A stretch of DNA of 64,000 nucleotides from Piedraia hortae CBS 480.64 (lineage: Eukaryota), in the NCBI GenBank assembly GCA_010093745.1, contig MU005958.1, positions 310,001 to 374,000 of the forward strand, given 5' to 3'. The position numbers were made by a program, and so were the translations under genes. The stretch's first letter is position 1; each line of letters starts with the position of its first letter. The notes beneath the pieces are model-generated. The model saw nothing but the letters and a program-made list of their open reading frames with translations. It was not told the DNA's origin and made no database searches. This document shows, in pieces, positions 36,283-48,588 of this stretch.

Positions 36283-36771
36283 GACGGCTACGGGAATGAG
36301 TCGTTTGGTCGAACAGTCTTTATCAAAAAGATACACGTTTAGCGCTAGCGGCTTGGCAACTCTATGATACCGTGGGGATGTTATGTAAGCGGAGGACCGA
36401 GAAGCTTAACGCCCTCCGAGGACAGTCAAAGTGAAATCCAGCGTTGCAGTTGAACAGCATTGCAACCAAGCATTCAAACTACGAGGACAAAAGTAGACGA
36501 AGACGAAGACGAAGAAGATGTGTTAATGATCTTCAAGTCTTTGGCTATCATACCGTTTCGTTAGATTTCTGGATTGTGATGAAGGTGCGATGTTGAACTT
36601 CAGGAGTGTTGAGCTTCCTGTGCTCGGCTTAAGAAACAGATCAAGCGTCCTATCACCAATGGCGGTGAGAATGAGGGATAACGACTTTTGGGTCGAAGGT
36701 CAATACCCAAGTCAAAGTTCTCAAAGGGTACCGCATCAACTGGACAATCACATGGAAATTTTACGAATGAC

Positions 36772-36795
36772 GGGTGGGCCGGGCCGGGCCGGGCC
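36772..36795 (+). repeat. (GGGCC)4 tandem repeat with G-quadruplex-forming motif
   Basis: GGGTGGGCCGGGCCGGGCCGGGCC: five G3 tracts with 1-2 nt loops. Confidence 0.7.
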
Positions 36796-36904
36796 AGATC
36801 TATGTCCTGCCACGCAATCATCGTTTGTTGACACGGGCCTTGATTGGAAACGCTCGGGAGACGTCGAGGAATGTTTGTAGATTTGCCTGCAATACCCGCT
36901 CACT

Positions 36905-39079
36905 ATGAGACCTGCTTTGGCAGCAGCGGCGCATCGCACACGTGCTAGAGCCACATCGTTGTCCACCGTGCCGCCAGCAGAAAATTCAGAGCACTACCAC
37001 CCTCATCTGGCGGCCATTGCCGCCTCCATATTGTACCTATCGCCTTGTCCTTCCAACGAGGGCCGTCGTGTTTACATATTGAATGCGGCCGCACTTCCCG
37101 ATGCCTTCGAAGTTGACTACGACAGTTTGTTGGCCTATGTTCTAGCCAGGCTTCCTGGTGAGGATGAGTTGCTGTCAGGCACCGAATATGAAATCATCTT
37201 CTTTGCTGGCGGTCCACCCGAAGGGGCAACAGTCGACAAGAAGGCCGGGCCCGGCGCAGGCTGGTATTTGCAGGTTTATAACGTCTTAAGCCGAGCAACG
37301 AGGAAGAAGCTGCAAAAGTTGTACATTGTGCATCCTCGCACTTGGGTCAAGGTCCTGCTCAGCGTCTTTGGCACTGTTGTATCGCCCAAGTTCAGGCGAA
37401 AGACGGTACACGTAAACACGTTGACCCAGTTGGCCCAATTCGTATCTTTGGAGAAGTTGCTCATCCCTCCCTCGGCTTACCAGCACGATCGAAAGTTGAC
37501 CCCAGAAATCATCGTGCCTTCTGTGAGTGGTCGAAGAGCGTTTGGTGCAAGGCACCCGTTACCAAAGAACATTGAGACGGGTCAAACAAGGCTGCCGCGG
37601 GTGCTCAGAGAGGCAACCACTTTTGTGCTACAACCAGAAAACATCGTTGCCGAGGGTCTGTTCCGTATTCCCGCACACAGCGTTCTGTCTGGCATCCTCA
37701 AAGAAGCATACGATCGCGGTCAACAATTTATCGTCTGGAAAGGCAATGGAGCCACGGTTGTGCAGCCAGGGATGGATCCCGCTTTGGTAGAGGAAGTGCG
37801 GACCGAAGATTCCTACACGGTGCACTCTGCAACCAGCCTGATAAAGCTGTGGTATCGTGAATTGCGTGAGCCCGTCTTTGGCGAGCAGAGCTACCCGTAC
37901 TTGAGGGAAAGGTTCTCCAGCCCAGACTCTGTAGTGACACCAGAGGATTTGGTGGATCTGATCCTGCCTGGTTCCCCATCTTCTCCATTGGCCGCCACAA
38001 GTCAGGAGATTCTCTCTCGGCACTTGTTGCCTATGCTCTCAGAGGTTGCTGCCCATGAGCCACAAAACAAGATGAATGCAGATAACCTTGCTATCTGCTT
38101 CTCCATGTGTTTGGTTTGTGGCCCTGACCAGATGGAAGACGCCAAGATGTCCTCTATCTTGCGGAAGGTCCTTCAAGCGGCTATCCAGATGTGGCCTCAA
38201 CTACGTTTAGGGCTCGGCATTGACTCAAAAGCATTTGAACACGACCTCATGCCACCAAGCGATATGCGTGATTATGAGGATCCGTTGGAAGAGCCCATCA
38301 TCGCCACGTCCTCGTTCAACGAGAATGGCCATAGAATCCAACTGGACGAGTCCGATGAGGAGAGCCAAAGTCCATCGACTTGGTCCCGTCAGCGAGCGAC
38401 GTCTACCGCCAAGCACATTGCAGGTGCAGTCTTGCCAAGGAAGTCGAAGCCGTCAGTGTCTGAGACGACACCACCGCAAATTGCCACGCCACCGCTCAAT
38501 CCAGGAGTAGATAGCCCGGTCAAAAGAAAACCCGTGCATTCCTCAGCAGAGATTTTGATGGAGAAGTTGGCCACTGGCGGCGTCACTTGCGACTCATCAG
38601 ATCCAGAAGAAAGCCGCAAGGTCGATGGATTCAAACCCACAATGAGCACCCATAATTCACTCGCACAAGCCGCACAAGCGGTGGTTATTTCGCGCAAGGC
38701 GCCTCCAATACCACCACACTCCCGCAAGCCTTCCAAACCCATTGTCGAAAGCAACAACGTCACGCACGATAAGCCCGAAACTAACAGTTCGAATGGCAAC
38801 ACCGAAGGACCCATGTTCGCAAAGCCCACCCATCCAGCATCATCATATAAGAAGCCCGCGCCACCTACAAATATCAACGAGTCAAATCCCATAGCGGCTT
38901 CGGGATTAATGCAAGTCCCGCCCCGCAAACTTCGCACCCCATCACCAGGTTTGCTCCAGCGAATTTCTTCCATGGAACTCGATAACAAAACCCCCAAACT
39001 CCCGCCGCCACAAGACAGAAACGCAAGCTTCAAGAAAGCAAGTGTGGATGATTTGAGGAAGATTTATGAGGGGAAGTGA
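36905..39079 (+). CDS. ECM25: CRAL-TRIO/BCH plus RhoGAP domain protein
   Basis: BCH-like KKLQKLYIVHP...SPKFRRK; GAP motifs EGLFRIP, KLWYRELREP, NKMNADNLAICF; Pro-rich tail. Confidence 0.85.
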   Translation: MRPALAAAAHRTRARATSLSTVPPAENSEHYHPHLAAIAASILYLSPCPSNEGRRVYILNAAALPDAFEVDYDSLLAYVLARLPGEDELLSGTEYEIIFFAGGPPEGATVDKKAGPGAGWYLQVYNVLSRATRKKLQKLYIVHPRTWVKVLLSVFGTVVSPKFRRKTVHVNTLTQLAQFVSLEKLLIPPSAYQHDRKLTPEIIVPSVSGRRAFGARHPLPKNIETGQTRLPRVLREATTFVLQPENIVAEGLFRIPAHSVLSGILKEAYDRGQQFIVWKGNGATVVQPGMDPALVEEVRTEDSYTVHSATSLIKLWYRELREPVFGEQSYPYLRERFSSPDSVVTPEDLVDLILPGSPSSPLAATSQEILSRHLLPMLSEVAAHEPQNKMNADNLAICFSMCLVCGPDQMEDAKMSSILRKVLQAAIQMWPQLRLGLGIDSKAFEHDLMPPSDMRDYEDPLEEPIIATSSFNENGHRIQLDESDEESQSPSTWSRQRATSTAKHIAGAVLPRKSKPSVSETTPPQIATPPLNPGVDSPVKRKPVHSSAEILMEKLATGGVTCDSSDPEESRKVDGFKPTMSTHNSLAQAAQAVVISRKAPPIPPHSRKPSKPIVESNNVTHDKPETNSSNGNTEGPMFAKPTHPASSYKKPAPPTNINESNPIAASGLMQVPPRKLRTPSPGLLQRISSMELDNKTPKLPPPQDRNASFKKASVDDLRKIYEGK

Positions 39080-39379
39080 GGCATTACATGATGGGAGTAA
39101 TGGCGGGTGGCATGGCGTTTTTTCCTGTTACTTTGCGCATACATCTTATTTCTTCGTTGGCATGAGCATGTTTCTTTATGAGAGTTCTGAGGTGTGCTAA
39201 TAAGCATTTAAATCTTTTTTTTTCCTACTCCTCGTGCTAAAGGCGTCTCTAGTCCGAAATTCAAAGCAAAACTCTATCGTGGACAGAAGCCCGTGCCAGT
39301 CTAGCGCGGGACAGTTTCTACACTACATTAACCCAACGCTACAAAACGCTGTAAACCATGTATCACAGACATGTCTTGT

Positions 39380-42300
39380 CTAACTGATCCCAAAGAACCT
39401 GACAACCGCATTTCTCTCCACCGTCCCATCCACTTTGGTGCCGCTATGATTTCCATTCTTCTCGCCAGATGTCTTGGAACAATTTTTCAAAACCAGCAAC
39501 CCGGAGGCCTGGACTTCTTTTACCAGACCAGGGACCAGGTTGAGTAATTTCTCCTCGCAAATAATTCCCGCGAGATAGTTCTCCTCTGCAATCCGTACGG
39601 TCTCTTTAACGGATCTGCTGGTGACTCCGCAGGGAAGTTTCGTCGTTGAGGAAGAGTCGTGCTTTTCCGAGGGACAAAAGGCGTTGCACAGGAAAACTGG
39701 ATCTGATCAAGTTAGAAAGAAAAACAAGCTTGGCGTTTTATTATGCGGAACTTACGAATGCTTTGCTTCCAATTTAATGCAATGCATACTTCTGCGTCGT
39801 AGGACGTGAAGATCACATTTTTGGGAGACGCTGCAGCTGCATTGATCATCCGACTCTGCGAATGAGAAAATATGACTTTCAGAACCGCATCCATTGTGGT
39901 GTTGACGTCTTGCACTTGGGACATATGAGACTCTTCCGCTTCAGATGCGTTGGGACGGCAAATATGCACTTCTAGCTGCATATCCGCGGCCAATAACTCC
40001 AATGCTTGTGCCAAAGACCAGCATGCTTCTGCCAGGCTTTTTTGGATACCAACAACATCATGCAGGTCTGTTGGCAACGACAAAGTACTTGTAGCAGTGA
40101 GGTCAGAGAGATCCTGGAATGTCAACCTGCTGATAAGGTCATTGCGACTGCGTGGTATTGACAAGTAAGGGTAAACCACCGGAATTCCATCGCTTGATAC
40201 TTGGACAAAAAGTCTTAGGTAGTCTCCTGATAATCGTGTCTCAGCCTCCGATCCACCTGGCTGGCTTGATCTTCTATATGACGGCATTTCAAGAGATCTG
40301 CTCTCGACTGGCTTCACAACTTGATAGCGGAAAGCAATGCTCCCCACTGCTCTCATACGCAGATCGAACAGCTCGCATTCATAAAACCCTGAATTGCCGG
40401 TGAAAATTCGGCTCGATGCAGCGGCTCTGGCGATTATTTTGCTGCCAAACCCAGGATAAATGTCAAGGTCGATGCTGAACGATCGCAAATCCTGGACTAG
40501 AAAGTAGACATGGTTTGAACCGTCTTGAAGTGGGAGACTGATGCTACGGGGGAGCAAGCTGGACAGTTTGGAGGTGACTGTCAGCCGTGCAGCCGGACAA
40601 CGACTTTCTCCGTAGAACTCTATCGGTTCACGACCAGGAACATCAAAGGACAAGAGGACGAATGTCTTTGTCTTGTCTAGGAAATGCTGTCCATAATGAC
40701 GAACAGGTATCATGGGTGGTGGTAGGCTCAGCGTTGGAATATTCTCGATCCCGATTGATGTCGGAGTCCGAGATCCTAATATTGGCGGTGCATTGTTCTC
40801 AGGGCCTTCCACCTGGTGATCTTTGGCATAAGTTGCTAGCAGTAGCATGCAGTTCAAGTGGCCCTCCCAGGCGGCGTAGTACATTGCAGTATGCCCCTTT
40901 TCATCAATAACATCAACGTCCACTTGAAGTTCCAGGAGTGCCCGTAAACTATCAAGATGACCTTCATTGGCCGCATAAAACAGGGGAGACCATGCGTACA
41001 GATTATCGGGCTGGTTCAAATTGGCGCCGTACTTTTTGAGCACAGAAAACACTTGTTTTCCACGGCCAAACCTTGCAGCAATGTGTTGTGGATACAGTTT
41101 CTCTGCATTGGGCTGTTTGGCTGGGAGATGTTGCAGAATCAACTCCACAATAGATTGTGTGGCATGTTGGCAAGCCAAGTTCAGTGGGACATTATCCGTA
41201 ATTCGGGCTCCTAGCTTCAACATCAACTTCACGCTGTCGGTCTTTGAGCCAATGATTCCATGGATGAGGGGGGTGAACGCATTGTTGTCTTTTGTGTCGA
41301 CACTGTCTGGTGCAGCAGCAACCAATTTTTGGATGATCTCCACAAACTCGTCCATGCAAGCGTAGTGAAGTGGCAGCCGTCCGTAGGCGTCCCGCGCCCT
41401 CACATTGGCACCTTTGGCGATTACAACATCCAAGGAGGCAACGTTTCCGCTAATTGCAGCCTCGTGCACGCAGTTACGCTCTGTGACTCTGTCGATGTAA
41501 TTGTAATCCACCATGCCAGTGTCATCGAGGACCAGCTGCATCTCAGGCGAAGACACAGCCATGCTCCTCTGAAACATTCTGCTGATGCGTTCCTTTGCAT
41601 TGTCATGTTGTGCCACATAAGTAGCCCACCTACGGACCACGTTTTCCTCGCCGGCACCTATGGCTCGAAGTAACTGTCCCTCAACTGCGTCTTCCGGGGT
41701 GACCGAATGGCCTCCGGAGGTAGATGTATATGTTACTGTCTCCCCTTCAGCCCATGCCTGTAGCTCGAGCTGTCCATTCTGGGCCTTGTCCGAGAGTTCA
41801 CTAATAACCTCTGGGTTAAAGCATGGTTGAACGTCAACAGCACGGGCAAGAAAGAGTTCTTTAGATCGAGACTGGGAAGAGTCAGCTTCCATTGAGTTCG
41901 AAGGTCGAGTACCTTTGATAGCTTGTCCCACTGCACCATGTTAGTGGGTTCAAATAAAACAGGGGAAAGTCTAAACCTTCTTCATGATTTTTGAAAAAGC
42001 AGTGCGATTGACCTCGACAAACTGCTGCAGCTTGTCAAGGTCACTATTAAAGAATCGAAATCCCTCTTCTAGTGTTGCATGGTCGGAAGTGAGTTTTGAA
42101 ATGCCACAAGACTGTGAAATCAGAGTGTCCTTTTGGTCCAACAGGGTTGCCAACCGCTGTGTAAGCTGGCCATCGTTAGCATCAGTTCGACACAATCCAG
42201 TATCACCTACCTCCCCCTGTCGCCGCAGGTAAAACGTATTGATTCTTTCGAGCTCACTGTCAATCTTGGCGAAGAATAATTGCTTGTTTGCCTGTGATGC

Positions 42301-42544
42301 AGTAGGAATGGCTGGTGATAGCAGTAGTGGTGCCTGTGTGCTCACACACTGTTTAATGAGCTGCCAAATGGATCAGATAAGCTCACTCCATCTTGCTTGT
42401 CATGGCCCACCTTCTTTAACCCTTTGTAGTCTATGAAACCTGGGGCATATTCGGGAATTTCCAGCTGACGCTTCTGTATGTGTTTACCGAATTTCCTAGA
42501 ATCGAGTCATCAGTCGAGTTAACATACATATGGGCTGCCTACAT
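39380..42544 (-). CDS. PHO81: SPX-ankyrin-GDPD-like CDK inhibitor of the PHO pathway (Pho81/NUC-2)
   Basis: Spliced MKFGKHIQKRQLEIPEYA...DYKGLKK SPX start, N.TAFSKI.KKWDK, ankyrin repeats (GRLPLHYAC, WSPLFYAANEGH, YYAAWEGH), ALNWKQ; six introns inferred. Confidence 0.9.
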
Positions 42545-42809
42545 GATTACGTTGCAAGCCTTCCAGGATGAGCCTCTGCTGGAAGATCTGGAGTGAAATG
42601 CGTGAAATTTCCAAAATCGGGTCAAGAAGTAAGAGCAGGCCACATCATGATGGCCCACGGCACTCAAAATTGCTTGGGAAATAGTTACCCGCGGCCCCCC
42701 ACTCCCCCCACTGCGGGGCATAAACACACGACCTCACCCAGTGGGATCCAATCGTTCGACTACTCGCTTAACTGAGTAATGCAATTGGTGGCATGCGAGA
42801 CTTCAGGAA

Positions 42810-42817
42810 CACGTGGG
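42810..42817. promoter_or_regulatory. Candidate Pho4/NUC-1 bHLH site upstream of PHO81/nuc-2
   Basis: CACGTGGG about 265 bp upstream of the start codon. Confidence 0.55.
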
Positions 42818-42863
42818 GCTCATCGAGAATAATCTTGGCTATCTATCACTCAAATCTACTTCG

Positions 42864-45800
42864 TCACAGAAACGCCGGTCCGCTCATGTTTGATCGTTAG
42901 GTTGATTGCCCCCTAGACTGGGCGGCCGCGGTATCAAGCCTGCCTCACCCAGGCCATCAAAGCCCGTCATTTGGTCAAAGTTATCCCACAACTCGCTTCC
43001 GCCTCGTGCCTGAGACGCAATACTTGTGTCCGCTGCATGCTACTGAATCTGAGCCCTTCCTCCACGTTGACGGGCTGTTGTGACTTTGTTTGCGTTGTTC
43101 GTGGCTTTGAGTAGTTTAGACTGTCATTGCTGATGGTGAATGGCTCAATCGATTTTGACCAACGCCACTCGTAGGCTGGAGCATCCATGCGAGAGGTAGA
43201 ACGAATTGCCAAGGGTAGTGGGAAGGGTGAAGGAGAATGATGATGTAGACGTGTTCTCCACCTCTCTCTCATTTTCACACTCCCGGTAAATTATGTTCTG
43301 CGAGCATCTGCCAGCGAAAGGTGCACGCCAGGGGGTGGCGTAGAAGGGTCTTTTCCAGGTAGCACCCAGCTCCTCTCGTGCCGCGGCAGAGCCAGTTGGG
43401 CGGCGAAATTGACCTCTTCTTAATTGTCTGTCGACCACAACCCCGAATCCGACCCTATTTGATGGCAAGCGCCTTCGTCATCAGCGCCCAACCTTGACCG
43501 CGCGAGGGCGCGGGGGTAGCTTGGTGAAAATGCTGACCGTATGGACGTGCTAAGCCGTTTGCGAGGCTCTTGTTGGTCAACCGGAGGGTGCTGAGGGTAT
43601 GGGTCCCCCATCGATTTGCAAAGAGTCCCTCGCGAGCTGCCGCCCGACAAGGTTGCACCGGAGATTTGACCGTGACGGCCTGAAGTAGCTCGTGAGCCGT
43701 ATGCAAGGAAAGGACTGGAATAGCAGGTGCTTGCCCGATTGCGAACGAACGACTGCCTTTTCTCGTCTAAAGTGCAACCACCAGCAATGCAGTTGCTGGG
43801 CTGGACCAAACGAATGCTACTTCTTTTCTCTTCTTCTATCAGCGCCTGCGGAACTGACTTGGTCAAGTACGATCTAGATGGAAGTTGGGGGAATTCAGAC
43901 AGCAGGCTGGTGCCTTGAGTACTAAGGGAAGCTTGGCTGCTGCAATCGAACACTGCTGACAACCGAAAACTGCCGACGCCTTTGCGCTTATTTCTGTTGC
44001 CTTTGGAACTGTGATGAGGCAAGACTGTGCTATCCCGGCGTGGCAAGTCGAGATTTACACTCACCCGTGGTGCATGACGAGAGTCGGAGCGATTGACCGC
44101 GGACTTTGTTGGCGATTGTTGAGAGAGATGGTGTGAATGTCGGGCCATTTCTGTTGGCACAGAGAAGCTGTCATGGGGAGTGTGCAACGCAGTTGAATTT
44201 CCCCCCAACTCTGGGATGTTTGCATCGGCCTTGATTGTGGCTTCTCCATTTCCAATCAATGATACCTGGCTCTTGCCCGAGAATTGTTTCAGTCACTTCG
44301 ACTTTCTTCCATCTGGTCGGGGCGGGAGGTCGAGCTCGATCTGGGGCGGATGGTCCCTTCTGGGAAACGACAATTGATACTCGACATCTGCTGCCTCGCC
44401 TTTCTCAATGTCTTTCGCCACATGTGGTGGAGTGCTGATTGGGCTCGAACTCTGTATGACTATTGGGTACGAAATGTCTCTGAACGAGCGTGACGATAAT
44501 GACTTTGTCCTCTTTCGCCTTTTCCGACGCCAGCAGAGAAAAAGGCAGAGGGCTAGCAAAGCTGCGACTACTACGCTCAGTGCAGCAATGACTGCGATCG
44601 CACGTGGTGACATGTGCGGACGTGTAGGGGCCGAAGTAGCAACCGTTGAAGCAGTAGACACGAAGGTGTTGATGGGCGAGGCATGGCTAGCAAGACGACT
44701 AGTTGACAGTATTCTGGTCGCAGTAGGCTTAATGCCAATCTCGAAAGCCTGGGACTGCTCAGTTCCAGAAGCAGGCGACCAGGCCAACAGTGTGGCTGTC
44801 ATGCGAGACGGAGCTGCTTGTGTGGGTACTACGCCCTGCAATTGTCGCAATCTCGGCTTGAAATGTAACCAGTTCCTGGTTGCTGGAATATCCACGTCCA
44901 AAACAGTGTCCGGCTCCGAAAAGAACGATGCCGGAAATTGGTAATCAAATGTCTGCCCTTCGGAAGCCTCCAGTCTCCCGATGGCCCCGGAGATTAGCTG
45001 GACCTCCCCAGTGTTCAAATTGATATCAACGCTCGCCAAGTCTCCGTCTCCGTCAGCCACTGTGACTGAGAAGCTCTGATTACTTGGCATTGCGGGAACA
45101 ACGCCCTCGATCAGGAGGTTCTCTTGAAACTCAACCAGCTGGGCAACGAGGAAGCTGTTGCCCTCGTGAGGTTTGCCGGGCCAATTGGAATGCCATTGCG
45201 GAAAAGTTGATGCTGCAGCATATCGATGGTAAAATTCATGTTCGGACGGATGGTGAAGTTGTGTTGTGAAGTATAAAATGTCAGTCTTTTTCGCGCCTAG
45301 GGCAATGGCAAACCGGGCAGTCGTGCCCCCGAACCCTTGGACATCCGAAACAATGAGGTCAATGTCCCAGGACTGCGGAGGTGTGCTGAGGGCGGGCGCC
45401 GTGCCTGAGAATGACAAGCTCTCGGGGTTGAACTGCAACCATGAAGGCAGTGGCGTGTGGTCCGAGAGCGTTGCATAGCAATACAACTTGCGCTGGACAA
45501 TGTCGATGAAGGAACTCTGCTGGAAATGGAAATCAAGCACATTCAGTGGTTCCAGAGCCACCACGGGTGGATGGGTGCTGGAGAGATTTGCTGATTCCTT
45601 GAGTGGCTGGCTGATATCACCTTCAATTAGAGGCGCAGGATCGGCCGACTCGACCAATGTGCAGACCATATAGGCCTGCCCGGCCTCGCTTGCCGCCGTC
45701 AAAACAAAGTGTACGGATCCCGCATCGCTTGGGCCCGGCGTGCCAGTTAAAGTCTGCGACTGTCCATTTAATTGTAGCCACGACAGCTGCCCCGAGATTT

Positions 45801-45996
45801 GGTATGTAAAGTTCGACGTCGTTGGCGCAAATGTAGAATTGGACAATTGGAACTGGTACGGTTCATTGACCCGGGCGACCGTTGGTACTTGGGAATTAGA
45901 CGGAAACAGCACATTGGGGGCCGCTTGTGCAGCTGTGTCCACAGAACAAATTAAGCATATCCATTTTGAGAAAACTGCGAGGACAGAGCCATTCAT
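42864..45996 (-). pseudogene. AXL2: Disrupted Axl2 (cadherin-like/He_PIG repeats, TM helix, long cytoplasmic tail)
   Basis: FPSNSQVPTVARVNEPYQF, WLQLN...LTGTP, YATLSDHTPLPSWLQFNP...FSGTAP, IVSDVQGF and a TM helix; in-frame stops at 44293, 43420, 43291, 42967; frameshifts near 45290, 45125 and about 42910. Confidence 0.85.
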
Positions 45997-47145
45997 TGCC
46001 GCCTTAACAGCGTCAGCCTTGAGGATGTCGGGCGGTTGGTCAGCACAATAGTTTCTGCCGTTGATCAGAGAGCAAAAAAGATTTTTACCAGACACAGCCG
46101 AGGGTCGAGATTATGGAGTCGCGTGGATGCGAACGCGACACGTGTAAAGTAGATATTTTCGTGCCCCTCTCTCCAGCGTGGTGGCGAGGAATGGAAAAAG
46201 AGTGTGGGAAACCAGTCGTCGCAAGGGGTGACTGGAGTCTAGGAACCGCATCGCCTACCATCCTACCAGCCTTTCCGACATTCAAGGGACGCTCGTTCTT
46301 AGAGGCCCAGCCTTCCCTAGTGGGATGGTGCTGGGGAGGACGGCACGAACACCTCGCTTCCGGTCTCGCTCAACAGCAACCACTGGATTGATTGGAACGT
46401 CGGCAAACCCATGGGTTCGATTCTAAGGGTCTTGGCCACCTTTTGCACACATTCCATGTGATGAGGTAGCATTCACAGCTTCGCTGTTGGTACTTGAATT
46501 GCGTTTGCTGGTTACCACCCTTCGAAGCTCACATAAGGATGGCAAGCAAAAGAACAAGACTGGTACTCGACAAGAATTGTATCAGATCATGGTCTCCGTT
46601 CTGTTAGTGTCGACTTCGCTGATGAGGGTTCAGTGAGTTGCACAGAGCCATTGTTGAAAGCATTGCATGTCTGGCTTGACCCGTTTAGCTACGTGGTTGG
46701 AACCTACTTTAACCCATCATTCGGTCAAAAACGAGATATCGTTAGTTGCATGTAGCGTGTTCGACGGTCCAAAGATAAGACATCACTTAGTTTGCATTGA
46801 GGCCGCAGTATTGTTGTAAGATGAGATGCGACGCTAATCCCGTTTCGGCATCCTGAGATCAAAACCCACAGTAACTTGTTGGTAAACGCATCGAAAGTTA
46901 ACGGCGCAAAAGCTGTGTGACTATTCTGCTGAGTAGAGTTAACAGCTTGATTTGCATCTATGGTTCAAGCAAGATACTAGATAGGGAAACATCACCTTGG
47001 GTCGGACCGAGCCGTACCGGCGAACAATTTCCCCTAAGGGAAAGAGAGCTTTGTAGTGTTGTAATAGCACGCACGGATCGATAATACACACTCACTTTGT
47101 CACATAATTCTGCATCTGCACTAGGTTGCTCCGCGAGTAATTTTC

Positions 47146-47981
47146 ATGGATAGCTTTACCGTCAGTGAAGATCTAGTCACCTCGCCTTCGCATAAGCAAG
47201 CTGGGACCAGTCATACTGATTTTGATGGCCTTCTCGCGGCCAAACGTCAGCTGAAATTGCACGAAGATTTGGCACAAGGGAACGGAGGTCAAGCTTGGCC
47301 TGCAGGTCATGTATTAGCCAAGTACTTACTACGCACCTGCCGAGAAACACTGAGAGATTGTTCCATGTTTGTACCTCATTACGTAGTCTTCATGACAGTG
47401 ACTGATTGTTCAAAATAGTGTGGAGCTGGGTGCGGGTGGAGGACTTGTTGGGTAGATATATATCGTCCACCAGCATTGTTTGGCCGCGGCCTGACTGACA
47501 GTTGTATAGTCTCTCAGTTGCTCTAGGGTGTAAGCTACGGCAGCCAATTTACATAACCGATCAGGCACCCATGCTTCCATTGATGCAGAAGAACATTGAA
47601 CTTAATGGTCTGCAAGATCATGTCAAGGCAATAATTTACAACTGGGGCGACTCTCGTCCAGACAACATCCCTTCGCACCCTGATGTTGTTCTTGCTGCCG
47701 ACTGCGTCTACTTCGAGCCAGCTTTTCCGTTGCTATGCAAGACACTGGAGGACCTGATCGGACCGGAGACGACGTGTTACTTTTGTTTCAAGAAACGACG
47801 CAGAGCTGACATGCAATTCGTAAAAGCTGTTCGAAAGGCCTTTGAGGTCGAGCCTGTGCTCGATGACCCTGACCAAAAGACTTATGCCCGCGAGAACATC
47901 ACACTGTAAGTTTCCCTTGACATTAGATGTGGACATTATACTAATCAATCCAGTTGCACCATTAAGCGCAAGCATTTATAA
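47146..47981 (+). CDS. EFM6: METTL21-family protein-lysine methyltransferase
   Basis: GNGGQAWPAG, VELGAGGGLVG (small exon), ITDQ, NWG, LAADCVYFEPAFPLL, KKRRRAD; three short introns. Confidence 0.85.
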
Positions 47982-48588
47982 TGTCCTACTTAGGCCCTGC
48001 TGAACAAACCTCCAAAGCGAATAGGTCATCTCTATGGAGCGTTCGTGTCCGGAGCCAAGGGTATGTAGCCTTATATGAGCACTTATTCACTCGCTTTGTC
48101 ATATGTCCAACCGTGGAATTTCCGGGTGTTCCTGGCTCTCATTTTCTTGGCATTGGTTTTATAAAATCTTGTCCTCTTCTGTTGGCCATCCACGCAGCGC
48201 TGCATCCTCGCTCATAATCTTCAAGAAAAATGTCGTACGGCAGTTATATGCTAGGATACTAAAATTCCACGCTCTTGATATTTCTGGTACAGTATTCCAG
48301 CCCCAGATTTCTTCCCAAATGACATAGCTGCGCTGAGATGGGTTTGTGGGTGTTATATGACTACTCATCCAGCTTTTACAGTGTCCATCACTGACCAAAG
48401 TGGTATGCCGATGAGCCGTATGGGCTTAATACGTTTTTTGTGAGCATAAATAGTACATAATGATGTTGTACACGGAAAATCCAGCGTTCCCTCAACCCGC
48501 TAATAGGGTTAAGCTTGCGCAGTAGCCTTATTCCGCCCATAATCGTGCGAACTGTTCCACACATTATTCTTTATTTTGAGTGGTAAAA

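Noticed and set aside
29457..45996. Stop codons in the kinase relic and AXL2 rescued by sexual-stage A-to-I editing
   Set aside because: The lesions mix TGA, TAA and TAG with frameshifts and lost catalytic residues; editing cannot repair indels
46413..46423. GGGTTCGATTC resembling a tRNA T-loop / B-box
   Set aside because: No paired T-stem, acceptor stem or cloverleaf can be built around it
48098..48121. FHGWTYD on the minus strand, resembling a Rieske motif
   Set aside because: No ligand cysteines, stops nearby, and too short to distinguish from chance
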